DNA from: the human T2T-CHM13v2.0 reference genome, Homo sapiens
Direction: 5' to 3'
Assembly: GCA_009914755.4 (NCBI GenBank)
Contig: CP086569.2
Span: 15,712,001-15,776,000, forward strand
DNA: 64,000 nt
Position 1 is the first letter of the stretch. Each line of letters opens with the position of its first letter. Below, one piece after another: positions 12,504 through 26,390 of this stretch. The translations under genes and the position numbers were made by a program. A model generated the notes under the pieces. That model made no database searches and had not been told where the DNA came from. It was given only the letters and a program-made list of their open reading frames with translations.

Positions 12504-15500
12504 TGATGAATCTAAGATCTTGCACTAGTCTCCACTAACAATTCGGTTTTTGTACTCCTAGAATTGGAGTGTTGTAGAGACTGCTGCATTTTCTTGCTAA
12601 GCCTTGAGATTTTAGATGTCTAACAATATCCTATAATTGTTTATGAGCTTCAGACCTTAAGGGATATTGCCTTTGATAAGGAAAATTGGTGGGGTCTTTC
12701 AGCCTGATTTGGACAGGGCCAACATTTTTTGCCCTTCCGAACTGTCCTTACAATGCCCAGACTCCAGGGTTGATTCCCTCCTCAAGCAGTGGACAACAGA
12801 TAAGTGACTTGTTCCCCATATTCATATGGATAATAGCTCCAGCTTTGGCTAATATGTCCCTTCCTAATAAGGGTGTGGGACTTTGAGGCATAACAAGAAA
12901 GGCATGTGAAAAGAGCAAAGTCTCCCAATTACAACTGAGGAGCTGGGAGAAATGCCTGGTTACAGGCTGCCCCAGGATTCCTCAGATGGTAATGGACCTT
13001 CAGAGCAGCCATCTGTGGCAGGATATTAACACTGAGAAGGCCACATCCATGTCCAGAAGGAAGTCAATGTCCTGGTCCTCAATGGTTAAATGTACCTGGG
13101 GCTCAGTGAGGGGGACAAAATGAGCTGGTGCTTTCCACAGGCACCCTCAGTCCTGCTGTTGGATCACCTGGTTGGGGACTGCTGGTCCTGAGAACCTTTG
13201 TCCTCTGGGGCAGTGTGCTTTCCAGTGATGACCTTGGCATAGTGGACATGGCCAAGGGGGTGACTTGTTTCTCACTGGACAATCTTTTCTAAGGTGTCCT
13301 TGAAAACCACACTAATAACAACCCCTACCAGGTAATTGGTCTGATCCATTTTCTGTCCTCTCTGAAGCACCAAGGTTTGTTTGACTGAGGGCCATGACTG
13401 TGGCCTTTCACTGATCTCCCTTTTCCTTTTGGGCCTGTTCCTCTTGGTCTCTATTATAGAACACCAAATTTGCCAGGTTTAATAATGCCTCCAGATTTTG
13501 TTCGGGGCCAGGGCTCACTTTTGGAGCTTTATCCTGATATCTGCAGCTGATTGGATATGTGTTAGGATCAATTGACCCTCGAGGGAGTTGGTTGACAGGG
13601 GAATATATTTTCTTAAGGCCTCTTGTAGCTGCTCAAGGAAGGCAGTAGGATTATTTTCCTTTCCCTGAGTTATGGTGGACATCATTGATTAATTCATGGG
13701 CTTTTTCCTATTCTCCTTAGTCCTTCTAGAACACAGGTCAACAGATGTTTGTGACTCCAGTCCCCACGATCTGAGTCTAGATCCCAGTGGGGATCCATAT
13801 GGGTTACAGCTTGCTGACCAGTAGGGAATTTGTCCCTTTCTTCGGCTGTTATTCTATCATTTACTTAACTAAAATACCAGATCTCCAAACACTCAGGCTG
13901 TAGCTAAAGCCACTTTATTTTCACTAAAGGCCAGGGTTTGATCTAACAATAGCATGATATCTTTCCAAGTGAAGTCAAATATTTGCCCTGGACCCTGTAG
14001 GACATCTATATACCTATTCAGGACTATCTGAAAACATCCCCAGGTCTACCTTATCTGCTTTAAATTGGAGAGGGAGAAGGGGACATGTACCTAGGTTCAG
14101 TCAAATTCCCCTCCCCTGACAGCTTGAAGGGGACATAAGCCATAGCCTGGGGGTGTTTGTGGTCCCTTGGATATTTCTTTGCTTGTTCCCCTTCTGGGTG
14201 GGGGAGACTAGAGGAGGCTTATTACTGATAGGAAAGGGAGCTGTATAGATGGTAGGATATGAAGCTAAACTGAGAGGTCCTCCTGTGGAATGTAAATTTC
14301 AAGCTTTGCCTTGTTGTGGATTATCCTTCAATGAAAAGAAAGCTTAGACATAAGATATTTCACTCAATTTGCCTTCTCTCTTACAGGTCAAAGGACAGTA
14401 TGGCATTCTAATTTATACTTCCCTCAGGTGGTCATTTTTCCCATCAGAGAGAGAATATTGAGGCCAGGCCATAGTGCAGAAAAAAAAATAAGCCACTTCT
14501 ATTTCAGTGTTTGCAGATCAAATTGTTCCCAATGGCTTAGGATGCATTTCAAGGGTGAGCTTGTTGATGCCTGAGTGATTCCCATCTAAAAGAAAAAAAC
14601 AAATGTGGTTTTGGTTTGCCTTTTTTCCTTGCCCAAGATCCTGCAACAGTCCCTGGACCCTGATGTTCCGAATAGTTGTGCTCGCCAAAGCAGCAGCAGA
14701 AACACTAGTTTTCCTCCTAGATCATAAGGAGGACCAATAAATGTCGGATTTAGTAGCCCTTACCAACACATTCTTGAAAATCAACACCCTTGCCTTTCCT
14801 CTTAGACCACAAAGAGGACTGAGAAAAATCAGATTTAGTGGCCCTTAGTGATGCATCCTTAAAAATCTGTAAGAGTCCTAAGCATTCTCCTCTTAGTATT
14901 GGGACCTTATCCTTGTCCTATAAAGATGATATGCATCAAAATGGAGTGGAGGGCCATACCCTTAGGGAGGGAAGGGATCTCCAGGGTTGGAAGAGTGACA
15001 CCTTTTGTCCTCACTTCTCATCAATGAAAAGGAAGGATATAATTTCTGAGGCTCCCCTTATCCTAGCTTCAGGAATAGCCTTTGTTAGGCCTGCTAGTCT
15101 GAGGAGGGTTGATAAATTCCAGATCATCCCCCTCCCAACAAAGCTTCAGGTGAAAACTATGTTTTTCTGATAGGGGAGCCTGGGTACCTAAAGAAGGAAC
15201 AGAGTCCCACAGTTTATACCATAAATCATTTATAGGAGAAACTAGAAGATCACCAGGGACAGGGAGTTGTTTTTAGACACAGGGCTACCTTCAGAGAAGA
15301 GAGGCAGTAGGAAAGGTTGTCTTACAGGCGTTAGGACCCAGAAGGCAAGGGTCACGATAGATAGGATAGATGGGCGAGTCTCGCTTGTGCAACATAACTT
15401 TGAAAGTTATGCTCATGGCTGCAGGGTCAACCAACTTTTTGTTGGGACCCTGGAGCTGAATGACTTTCCTCTCTGTCAACCCTTGGCTCAGCCAAGAAAT

Positions 15501-18218
15501 GCAGGAAAAATGGAAGCTGGTTCCAGGCAAATCAATGCTCCCAACTCCAAAGATTCAGTGGTTGTTAGAGAGCCCTTTCCCAGAAAGCCTGACACCTGAG
15601 TCTTTAGTCCAGCAGCCACGCTAGTTGCTTTTAACTGGTCAACAGGTGCCTGGTATTTAGTCCCCGAATTCTAAAGAAAAATAGGACAGAATAGCAAGTG
15701 AAAAGGGTCCAGCGGTACTCACCACATGGCAATATCCTGGATGAGCCACTAGATGTGTCCAGAGTTGGTTCCTGCCAGTGGGTTCGTGGTCTTGCTGACT
15801 TCATGAATGAAGCTGCTGACCTTCACTGTGAGTGTTACAGATCTTAAAGGTGGCATGGACTCAAAGAGTGAGCAGCAGCAAGATTTACTGTGAAGAGTGA
15901 AAGAACAAAGCTTCCACAGAATGGAAGAGGACCCTAGTGGGTTGCCACTGCTGGCTGAGTTGGCCAACTTTTATTTTCTTATTTGTCCCATCCCATGTTG
16001 TCTGTCTGTCCTATCAGAATGCCCTTTTTACAATCCTCCTTGTGATTAACTACTTTTAGGTTATTATAGAGTGCAGATTTGTGCATTTTACAGAGTGCTG
16101 ATTGGTGCATTTTACAATCCTCTTGCTAGCTACAGAGTGCTGATTGGTGTTTTTACAGAGCACTGATTGTTGCATTTTACAATCCCCTTACTAACTACAG
16201 AGCGCTGATTGGTGCATTTTACAATCCTCGCTAAAGAGTGCTTATTGGTGTGCTTTACAATTCTCTTGTAAGACTGAAAAGTTCTCCAAGTCCCCACTCG
16301 ACCCAGGATGTCCACCTAGGTTCACCTTTCAGATAATGTTTGGTAATTATTTAACTAAGCCAACATCTTAGCAGAATTCAGGCATCTGTCATTTTTCTAA
16401 CCTGCTGGTCTTTCATTAGTTTTACAAAGGTTGTTTAGTTTTAAGAAGGGCTATTATCATTTAAACTATAAGTTCAATTTCTCCCAAAGTTAGCTTGGCC
16501 TATGCTCAGCAATGATCATTGTAGTATGGTGGTGAAAGACAAGATGGTGTTGGTTAGGTCAGATCTCTTTCACTGTCATAATTTTCTCACAGTTACAAGT
16601 TTTGCAAAGGTGGTTTCAAGATGAAAGGAGTATACTCTTGTAAAGAGCGTAAAATTATTTCAGTCATTCTGTACCTGAAACAGGCACTCCCCCTTTTTGA
16701 TAGTTTAAATTTAAAAAGAAAATTAATAATCCCTGGATGTTGCAGTAAATGAAAATTCCAATGCAGAAACTGTGAAAACACATGCTTCAAAACACCACAT
16801 TCTTTTGTTAAACTTCAGAGATGCAAGCATTGCCATTTCCCTTGGCAAGCTTACAGAATATTTGGAGGAAATTCTGAACCTCAAAGATCAATCCATCCAG
16901 TAGGATGCTGTTTGAATAACTAAGATTTTTGAACACAAGGGACATTCATTAGCCTGCTATTGGAAAGGTTACAAAAACCCTTGTTTTGTAAGGGAGGAAG
17001 GGATTGTGGTGGAAGAAAGGCCAGTGATTCACAGCATGTTGAAAATCTTCACGATCCTCTGCAGAAACAAAATAAGCCAACAGATCATTCTGCAGAATTG
17101 TGAAAGAGAGAACAGTGAGTTAAGAAAAGATGTGCTGAAGACAGAATCATTCTGTTAGAAAATTACTCGTGCCTTAAAAATTAATTACCTCTCTCTTTAA
17201 TAGGGGACGAAAGCATTGCCCTGTGGTATTAGAGGGCACCCACACTGACATTATTCATCATTGTCATATGTACCCTGAATGAAAGGATTTCTTCTCCCAG
17301 GCAAAGCCTGATGCTCTTTATGAACAAACCGTGTCAAAGATTTAGTGATGGAGACTGGTGTTGCAGAACATTTTTGGCATAAAGCACTAATTAGTAATCA
17401 CTAATTAAATGGTGGGGGGCTTGCGTAATGTCTGAACATACCCACTAATCACAGCTAATCTCACATCAAGTTTCTCTGAACTTTAAAGAAATCACATTGG
17501 TAGGATGTGTCTTAAGTAAGACCAACCTCACAGTTGCAATACTGCCTCTCCTTGAAGCTGCAGGCAATGGTGACTCCTGATTTAGGCTTGGAATTTATTG
17601 TCATTGTAGGAAAAAAAAAATCTTATGACTTTCTTTGAAGCCTGGCCATTTCCTCCTTTCCAGCTCAGAGCATTTTTCCAATTGTTCACGAAACCTAATG
17701 GAAGAAAATCTGGTTAACTCTACTGGTATGCAGCCTCATCCTCTACTCTTTTTGTTTTAAAAGTAGAAGCCAACACTCAGTCTCTCATTGGAATGCTGTC
17801 AACTTTGGTTAGGAATATGCTTTGAAGTAGTTGGTTTGGATTTATGTTATTTTAGGGCTTAAAGCAGTCTGTCATCATACAAACAAGCCCCTCCCTTATG
17901 TGACACTGTTGTTCATAAAAGGCATCAGACTTTGCTCGGGAGAAATGCTCAACTAAGGACAGGAAAATGGTAAAAAACAACAACGCAAGAAACCTTCCCC
18001 AAATACTCAACTATAATATTTGTTCCTTACATACAATTTCTTTTTTTGAAGATCTACGTCATTAACTCATTTGAAGGGACATTTAGTACGTAATTTATCA
18101 TAGGAGTCTGTTGTGTTTAAAGAAAAATGTGCACACAAATGGTACCTTGAACCTCGTAAAATTTACAATGACTTCTGGGATTGCTTCATGTTATTAATAT
18201 TTTAGATTCATTTTGTCT

Positions 18219-18660
18219 TCTATTAGCCACATATATACCCAAAGATGACAAGGTATCATAATGTCAACTTAACAATAATCATTGTTTATGTAATTATTTC
18301 TGCCACAAAAATTTTTCTCTAGTTTTTTCTTTAATTTCCTGTAATTTCCACTAACACTGTAGATGCATTTTTCCTTCTACATTAGCCACATATATACCCA
18401 AAGATGACATGGTATCATAAGGTGAATGTAAACAATAATCATTATTTGTATAATTATTTCTGCCACAAAAATTGTTCTCCAGGTTTTTCTCTAATTTCCT
18501 ATAATTTCCACTAACATTTTAGATTTATTTTGCCTTCTACATTAGCCATATATACCTAAAGATGACATGGTATCATAATGTCAACCTAAACAATAACTAT
18601 TATCTATGTAATTATTTCTGCCACAAAAAATTTTCTACAGTTTTTCCTCTAATTTGTGGG
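18219..18660. repeat. Tandem repeat with a ~160 bp unit, about 2.75 copies, 85-90% identical. It ends about 117 bp upstream of the acceptor of the 186 bp exon.
   Basis: Unit ATTAGCCACATATATACCCAAAGATGACA.GGTATCATAA.GT.AA...AATAATCATT.TTT.TGTAATTATTTCTGCCACAAAAATT.TTCTC.AGTTTTT.CTTTAATTTCCT.TAATTTCCACTAACA.T.TAGAT...TTCCTTCTAC repeated starting at 18219, 18381 and 18540. Confidence 0.85.
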
Positions 18661-18703
18661 GGACAGGGTTGTGGAGAGAGAGAATGAAGAAGGCAAGCTA
18701 TGA

Positions 18704-19000
<297 letters not shown>

Positions 19001-19127
19001 TGAACCAAGAAATGAATAGTCAGAGTTCATAGCTGAGATTCATGTCCAGGTTGCCAGAAGTCACTGTGGAAATTGCAACAGAAAATGCCCAAAAGACAAA
19101 ATGAACCCATCTTCATATATTTTAACT

Positions 19128-19395
19128 CAGCTTTTTTTCCATTTGCTCTGTCACTCAGGCTGGAGTGCAGAGGCATGATCATAGCTCATTGCAGCCTCCA
19201 ACTCCTGAGCTTAAGCCTTCTCCAATCTCAACCTGCTGAATACCTGGGACTAATGGTTAAATTTTAATTTTTATTTTTATAGAGAAGTGGTCTTGCTATG
19301 TTTGCTCAGGGTGGTCTCAAACTCCTAGCCTCAAGTGATCCTCCTCCCTTGGCCTCTCAAACTGCTGAGGTGACAGAATTGAGCCACCATGCTTG
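19128..19395 (-). mobile_element. Old Alu (AluJ/FLAM-like), antisense
   Basis: TCACTCAGGCTGGAGTGCAGAGGCATGATCATAGCTCATTGCAGCCTCCAACTCCTGAGCTTAAGC...GGTCTCAAACTCCTAGCCTCAAGTGATCCTCC. Confidence 0.8.
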
Positions 19396-19764
19396 GTTAG
19401 CAATATCTCCTCATTTAAGTGTGTGACAATTAGGTGTCGGTTACAATGATAGGAAAAAAATAACTGCTTTAGAAGGGCGGACACTATTGTTTCTTTTGAC
19501 AGTCTCACTGTATTTGAACATTTGAAATTTTATTAACTTCTAGCTACAATTTGGTAAGAGTAATATGGAAGAGAGACAGTACGTCAATAAGGAAGAGAAA
19601 TAGTATGTCAATATTGCAGATTTATAGATTTTTAATCAACTGGGCTTTTAACCACGTGTTTTTTTAAAAGACACTTCTCTAATTCACATTAATTCTTTAA
19701 ATCTTCTGGAAACATTAGGAACATGGCTGGTGCATTCATAGAGAAGTAGATTCTACCCATAGGA

Positions 19765-20260
19765 ATAGTGTCTCTCTCCCTGACTCTGTCTCCCTCCCTC
19801 TCTCTCTTCCCCTTTCACTCTCCTCTTTCCCTCTCTCTTCCTGTCTCTCCCTCTCTATGTCCTCTCACTTTCTCTCTGTCTCTCTCTCTGTTTTCCTCTG
19901 TCTCTCGCCCTTCCTCTCTCCCCTCCTTCCACTGTCTCTCCTCGATCTCCCTCTCCCTCACACTATCCTCTCACCTCTTTCTCCTTTTCTCCCCTTCTCT
20001 CTTTGTCTCTCTTCCTCTCTCTCCCTCTCCAGTTCCCCAGTTTCTTCCTCACTGTCTCTCTTCCTCTCTCACTTCCCCCCCTTCACACTCTGTCTCTCTC
20101 CCTTTATTTCTTTCTCTCTGTCTCCCTTTTTCTCCCTCTGTCTCTTTCCCTTTCTTCCTCTCCTGCAAACATGACTTTCAGCAAAGGACCACCTTACTGG
20201 TCAGTTCAGCATGAGGCACTTGGAAGTGTCCACAGTTTCCTTTATCTCTCTCTCTCTAAC
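19765..20260. repeat. About 500 bp polypyrimidine (CT-rich, TCTCCC-type) low-complexity tract on the + strand
   Basis: tctctccctgactctgtctccctccctctctctcttcccc... The ORFs 19768-20329 are translation artefacts. Confidence 0.95.
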
Positions 20261-20892
20261 AGGCCAGTCAGCATGACATCCTCTACTTGTCCCCGTGGGA
20301 GCTCCAAACCCTCCCTGGGGCCCTGCTAATAACCTGGAAAAAGCTGCTGTTGGCAAAATAGGGGAAGGGGAAACCGCAGAAACACACTCACATCATGTTA
20401 CCTCAATCAGACATGCACTTGTATGTGGTAGTTAGCATAGGCAACCACACCCAACCAGATGTGCACTTGGGCCTCTAAGTAGTAATTGCTCATGCTGCCT
20501 AAGTGGTGGTCAGCATAGACAGCCACACCCCTGAGCCCTGCCAGAGCACCTGAGGCTCACTCAATGCAATTCCCTGATGCTAATGCAAGAGGGAGGCTCT
20601 CTGCAGTATCAGATGAAACTTCAAAGAGAAGTCCACAGGAATTTGTGGCAATTGGTTCTGGAAGCTGGATCACCAATTCTTGGCTGTGGCCTAAAAGGAG
20701 AAAGCAGGAAAATCTGCAGAACAGATCCAGCCCTCTGTTACCTGGCCAGGTACAAATGAATATTCATAATAGCCATCTCAGTCATCAACACAGCATTGTG
20801 ATATGTTCTGTGTCATTGGTAGGCTTCAGAATGGCACCACACTGACTGGACCATTTACATCTGAAGTACTCAAAATCTTAATGGAATTTTTC

Positions 20893-21165
20893 TTTCTTTT
20901 CTTTTTTTTTTTTTTTTTTTGAGACGGAGTCTCACTCTGTCACTCAGGCAGGAGTGCAGCATCATGATCTTCACTCATGTCAACCTCTGTCTCCCAGTTT
21001 TAAAATGATTGTCCTGCGTCAGCTTCCCAAGTAGCTGGGCTTACAGGTGACCATCACCATGCCCAGCTAATTTTTCTATTTTTAGTAGAGATGGTTTTTT
21101 ACCATATTGGCCAAGCTGGTCTCAAACTTCTTGACCTGATGTGATCCGCCTGCCTCAGCCTCTGG
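20893..21165 (-). mobile_element. Alu (antisense) with 5' poly-T
   Basis: TTTTTGAGACGGAGTCTCACTCTGTCACTCAGGCAGGAGTGCAG... Confidence 0.9.
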
Positions 21166-21187
21166 AATTGTTATTTATTAAAGTTAT

Positions 21188-21505
21188 CAGCTGGGTAAGG
21201 TGGCTCATGCCTGTTATCCCAGCAGTTTGGGAAGCTGAGTGGGGAGTATGGCTTGAGCCCAGGAGTTTGAGCCCAGCCTGTGCAACTTAGTGAGACCACA
21301 TTTATACAAAAATAAATAAATAAAAACAAGCCAGGGCTGGTGGTGGACGCCTGTGGTCTCAGTTGCTTGGGAGGCTGAGGAGGGAGGATCACTTGAGCCA
21401 GGGAGGTCAAGTCTTCAGTGAGCTCTGAAGGTGTCACTGCACTTCACCCTGGGTGGCAGAGAGAGACCCTGTCTAAACATAAAGAAATAAAATTAAAAAA
21501 ATACC
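21188..21505 (+). mobile_element. Alu (sense). Forms an inverted pair with the preceding Alu, separated by about 22 bp.
   Basis: GGGTAAGGTGGCTCATGCCTGTTATCCCAGCAGTTTGGGAAGCTGAG... Confidence 0.9.
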
Positions 21506-22061
21506 TTTCTTTAAAGTAACTGCAGGACTTTCTTCACTTCCTGCACCATCTGAACAAGTTTCTAGATCACTATGCTCCTCAGTGTCTTCTTTAGCAAGAT
21601 AGGACAGATGAGGATTTCCTAAAATCCTCCAAACTCTGAATTCCTTGAGTTCGTAGTTCATAATGTTTTGCCCAGGAGACCAAATGACTTTTGACCTCAA
21701 ACTAGTGCTAATAACAGGGAAGAGGAAAGGCTCATATTTGTAGTAACTTTATTTTAAAAACAGGAACAATGAATAATCTGATGAACCATTTGGCATAGAG
21801 ATTTCTATGGCATTTTTGAAAATACATAGATATTCACATTTCTCAGTTGATATGACAGTTGTAGATTTAGAAAGCAGTCAGAACCAACTTCAGGAGTAAT
21901 GAAACACATGTAAGCCACACTAATTAGAGGAAAGTGTTAATTATTTAAGTCAGCAGGTTGGAAGTTATTATTTGCTGCAAAAATACCTTTTTGTTGGTCA
22001 TTTATGCAAGGCAGTGCTTCTAAACAGCCCATCAGTATTATCAAGAATTTTGAAAAATATG

Positions 22062-22382
<321 letters not shown>

Positions 22383-22814
22383 TTAGGAATTCTAGTCTAA
22401 TGAAGGCAAAGTACCTGTGGAAAGAGACAGTTTTATGAAGATATTCACCCCAGTATTATTATCATAGCAAAGAATGAAATGGAAAAGCTACAAGATCAAA
22501 AGGAGATGAAAGTTATTAGAAACCATATGCAATAACTCAAAAGAATAATAATTTACCTAAGATATTCAACAGCTGGAAAAATGCAGTGTAGACAACTATA
22601 TAAATATTGGGCTCAGCTATTCAAAACAATGTTTGAATGGAAGAGAAAGATGTAAGAAAGAATTATGTTAATTCCCAACATACTCATTTTGCTAAGGTGA
22701 GTTTTGCTTTAATGTTTGACTTATGGGTGATTTTTTTTCATTATCCAAGTTTTTTAGTGTCATCAGGAGTTATATTACTTTCCTAACATACAAATAACTG
22801 TTTTATATATGTTA

Positions 22815-22925
22815 CTTATATATATGTGTGTGTGTATATATATATGTGTGTGTGTATATATATGTGTGTGTGTATATATATGTGTGTGTATATATATGTG
22901 AGTATATATATATATACACACAAAA
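22815..22925. repeat. (TATATGTGTGTG)n compound microsatellite
   Basis: Direct reading. Confidence 0.95.
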
Positions 22926-23587
22926 ATATGCTGCTACCTAGATTATTGCCAGTAGTTATAAGAAGGGTAGGAAAGGAACATCTCAGAGCATTTTTATCTA
23001 ATTCTGAATGTTTTAACTAATGAAAGTATCCAACAGATTACATATTGACATTTTTTTCTTTTGGACATTTTAAAATAATCTTCAGAGCCAAGTACTCAAG
23101 TCAATACTTGTACATTTCTGACAGAAATGTTTCCAAGATGGCTTTGCTGACATAATGGTTAAAGCCATATTGGTTTCAAGTTGCAGTCCTGTGTGTCATC
23201 TTTGGGCAATCCTTTAGTCTTTAAAAATCATATCTTCCTGATGACAATCACATTTTCCTCATATTTGATTGCTTCCATGACATGAAAAATCAACACGGCA
23301 TCTGGACTTACAGCTGAATGCTTTATTCTTTAGTGCCTGACTCAGTCTGGGATTTACAGAAACGTCAGGAAGTGATCGTAAATGGAATGCTGTGATTTTT
23401 ACGGCCTGCCGTCTCTTGTCCTGTTATGATTAAAAATACAGATTTTATACTTCTGGACATTCATGTAGTAGACTGAGCTGATGGAGAATTTTAAGCTATA
23501 CAGAATTTTACTCCTAAAATTGCCCATGCTTTTTCAAGTTTCTCACCAAGTGGAGAATTTTTCCTATGTGGCAAAAAAATAAAAAAA

Positions 23588-23620
<33 letters not shown>

Positions 23621-24070
23621 ATCTCTGAGTTACCAGTGGATATAGTTTTGAAGAAAATGACAAAAAATACTTGTTAGTTGGGTACCTGGTTGAGGATTAG
23701 GCATAGCTAAGCTAATGCATTTACATTAATTCCCAAACCGTAATATCTTCATTAGACGCAGGGTAGAAATGCATTTCTAAATTAGCACTCTGAAATTCAT
23801 TCAACTGGATTTATTTTTTCCCATAATGAAGAGACACCTGGATTTGTTTGTGAGACAAGATAGCCTTTGATCTTTTACTAGTTTAAGGCCTGTTTTTTTG
23901 TTTGTTTATTTTCCCCTTTGGAAATGGGAATGTAGTTGCTGTTGCATTTTTATGTATGGCATCTGAAGGTAAGGAAGCAAAAATGACACTAAATTGTGGA
24001 AGAAAAAAAGAAATCACATGTATTTTACCAGTGCACGAAAAGCCTCAATGTGGTTTCATTTCCTTAAACT

Positions 24071-24094
24071 CGTGTGTGTGTGTGTGTGTGTGTA
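24071..24094. repeat. (GT)11 microsatellite, about 200 bp upstream of the 790 bp exon
   Basis: gtgtgtgtgtgtgtgtgtgtgtag. Confidence 0.95.
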
Positions 24095-24174
24095 GAATAA
24101 CATTCCCTAAAATGAATGTTCAGGGGGAGGGAATCAAAATGAAAATGGGTAAAAGAGCCCTCTGACAGAGCTGA

Positions 24175-25254
<1,080 letters not shown>

Positions 25255-25436
25255 TGAGAACTCAAATTTTCTTTATTACCAAAGTGTTTTACTCCTAAAA
25301 CACTTTAGTGTCAAACCAGATTTTTACTAGATTTCTAATTGCCCATTAGAAATTCTAGAATTCCTACTTGCAGGTGCAGGACTTACACATATATAATGGT
25401 TTTGTTAACAGCTGATCACTTTTGTTTTTGTTCTTA

Positions 25437-25945
25437 CTGTTGTTGAAGAGACACAGTCTCACTCTGCTGTCCAGGCTGGTGTGCAGTGATACAACATAGC
25501 ACACTACAGCCTTGAACTCCTAGGCTCAAGCCATTCTCCTGCCTCAGCCTCCTGAGTAGCTTGGATTACAGGTGACTGCCATGGCTGGCTAATGTTTATT
25601 TTTTTTATTTTTTTGTAGAGACAAGTTCTCACTCTGTTGTCTAGGCTGGAGTGCAATGGTGCAAGCATAGCTCACGGTGGCCTAGAAATCATGGATTTAT
25701 TTGATCCTCACATCTCAGCATCTCAAGCAGCTGGGACTACAGACATGCACCACCATGCCCTTGCATGGATTTTTGTAGAGACAGGGTTTCCTATGTTGCC
25801 CAAGCTGTTCTGAAACTCCTGGTCTCAACGGATCCTCCCTCCTCACCCTTCTGAATAGCTGGGACTACAGGTGAATGCCACCATACCCAGCTAATTTTAA
25901 AATTTATTTTGTTAGAAACAGGATTTTGCTATGTCACCTGAGCTA
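25437..25945 (-). mobile_element. Cluster of two abutting antisense Alu copies
   Basis: GAGACACAGTCTCACTCTGCTGTCCAGGCTGGTGTGCAGTG...; GAGACAAGTTCTCACTCTGTTGTCTAGGCTGGAGTGCAATGG... Confidence 0.85.
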
Positions 25946-25989
25946 CCACTTGGGGAATTGTTTAGATTGCCTGACCATATGAATACAAA

Positions 25990-26390
25990 CAATTGTCACA
26001 ATATTTATAGAGAAATATAAATAAATATTCCTATATATATTTAACATATATAGAGAGAAAAGAACTATTCCCATATGTATAATATATATATTATATATAT
26101 ATTTGCATTTGTATATATATACACATAAATACCAGTATATTTCTGTGTATATACATATACAAATAGTAATATATATATACTATATATGCATATACAATAT
26201 ATAATATAGAAATACAAACAACTACAAATATATACATACTATATATACAAGTACAAATTTATGTACATATACATATATATTTGTATTTCCTTTGCTGTAT
26301 AAATAGATAGAGAGCAAAGAAAAATATATGATATTTATATTATATTGTTATATGTCATGCATATATAAACACATACACACACATATGTCA
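25990..26390. repeat. AT-rich / (TATATAC)n-like low-complexity block
   Basis: Direct reading. Confidence 0.9.

Larger units (their letters stand above)
8655..16325 (-). mobile_element. ERV9/LTR12-type class I endogenous retrovirus provirus, antisense to NLGN4. The low-coordinate LTR (8655-8800) is internally deleted. The high-coordinate LTR (about 15735-16325) carries the U3 tandem CCAAT repeats. The internal region has decayed pol and env.
   Basis: Shared LTR sequence at both ends (TTCTGGTGGGTTCGTGGTCT.GCTGACTTCA...; ...CCACTCGACCCAGGAAGTCCACCTGGCTTCAC). Tandem ~40 bp repeats CTGATTGGTGCATTTTACAATCCTCTTGCTAGCTACAGAGTG at 16080-16260, typical of LTR12 U3. Minus-strand ORFs carry an integrase core (10319-10591: ...YLLVCADIF..IEAFPCKTENAQEVVKVLIHEIIPRFG...) and RT-like motifs (12216-12503). 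Confidence 0.7.

Noticed and set aside
16080-16260. A regular ~40 bp direct-repeat array, and the 160 bp array at 18219-18660, considered as CRISPR-like
   Set aside because: The context is eukaryotic (primate). The 16080-16260 repeats are the known U3 enhancer repeats of an ERV9/LTR12 LTR, and the 18219-18660 array has no unique spacers. Neither is CRISPR.
15735-16325. The LTR12 fragment is sense (+) oriented according to my memory of the Repbase consensus, which conflicts with the minus-strand pol
   Set aside because: My memory of the consensus strand is unreliable. CCAAT motifs lie on the minus strand, and the integrase and RT remnants are unambiguously minus. I therefore kept the minus orientation for the whole provirus.
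19768-20329. Three overlapping + strand ORFs (105-148 aa) rich in S, L and P
   Set aside because: These are translations of the (CT)n polypyrimidine tract. They have no start context and represent low-complexity sequence.
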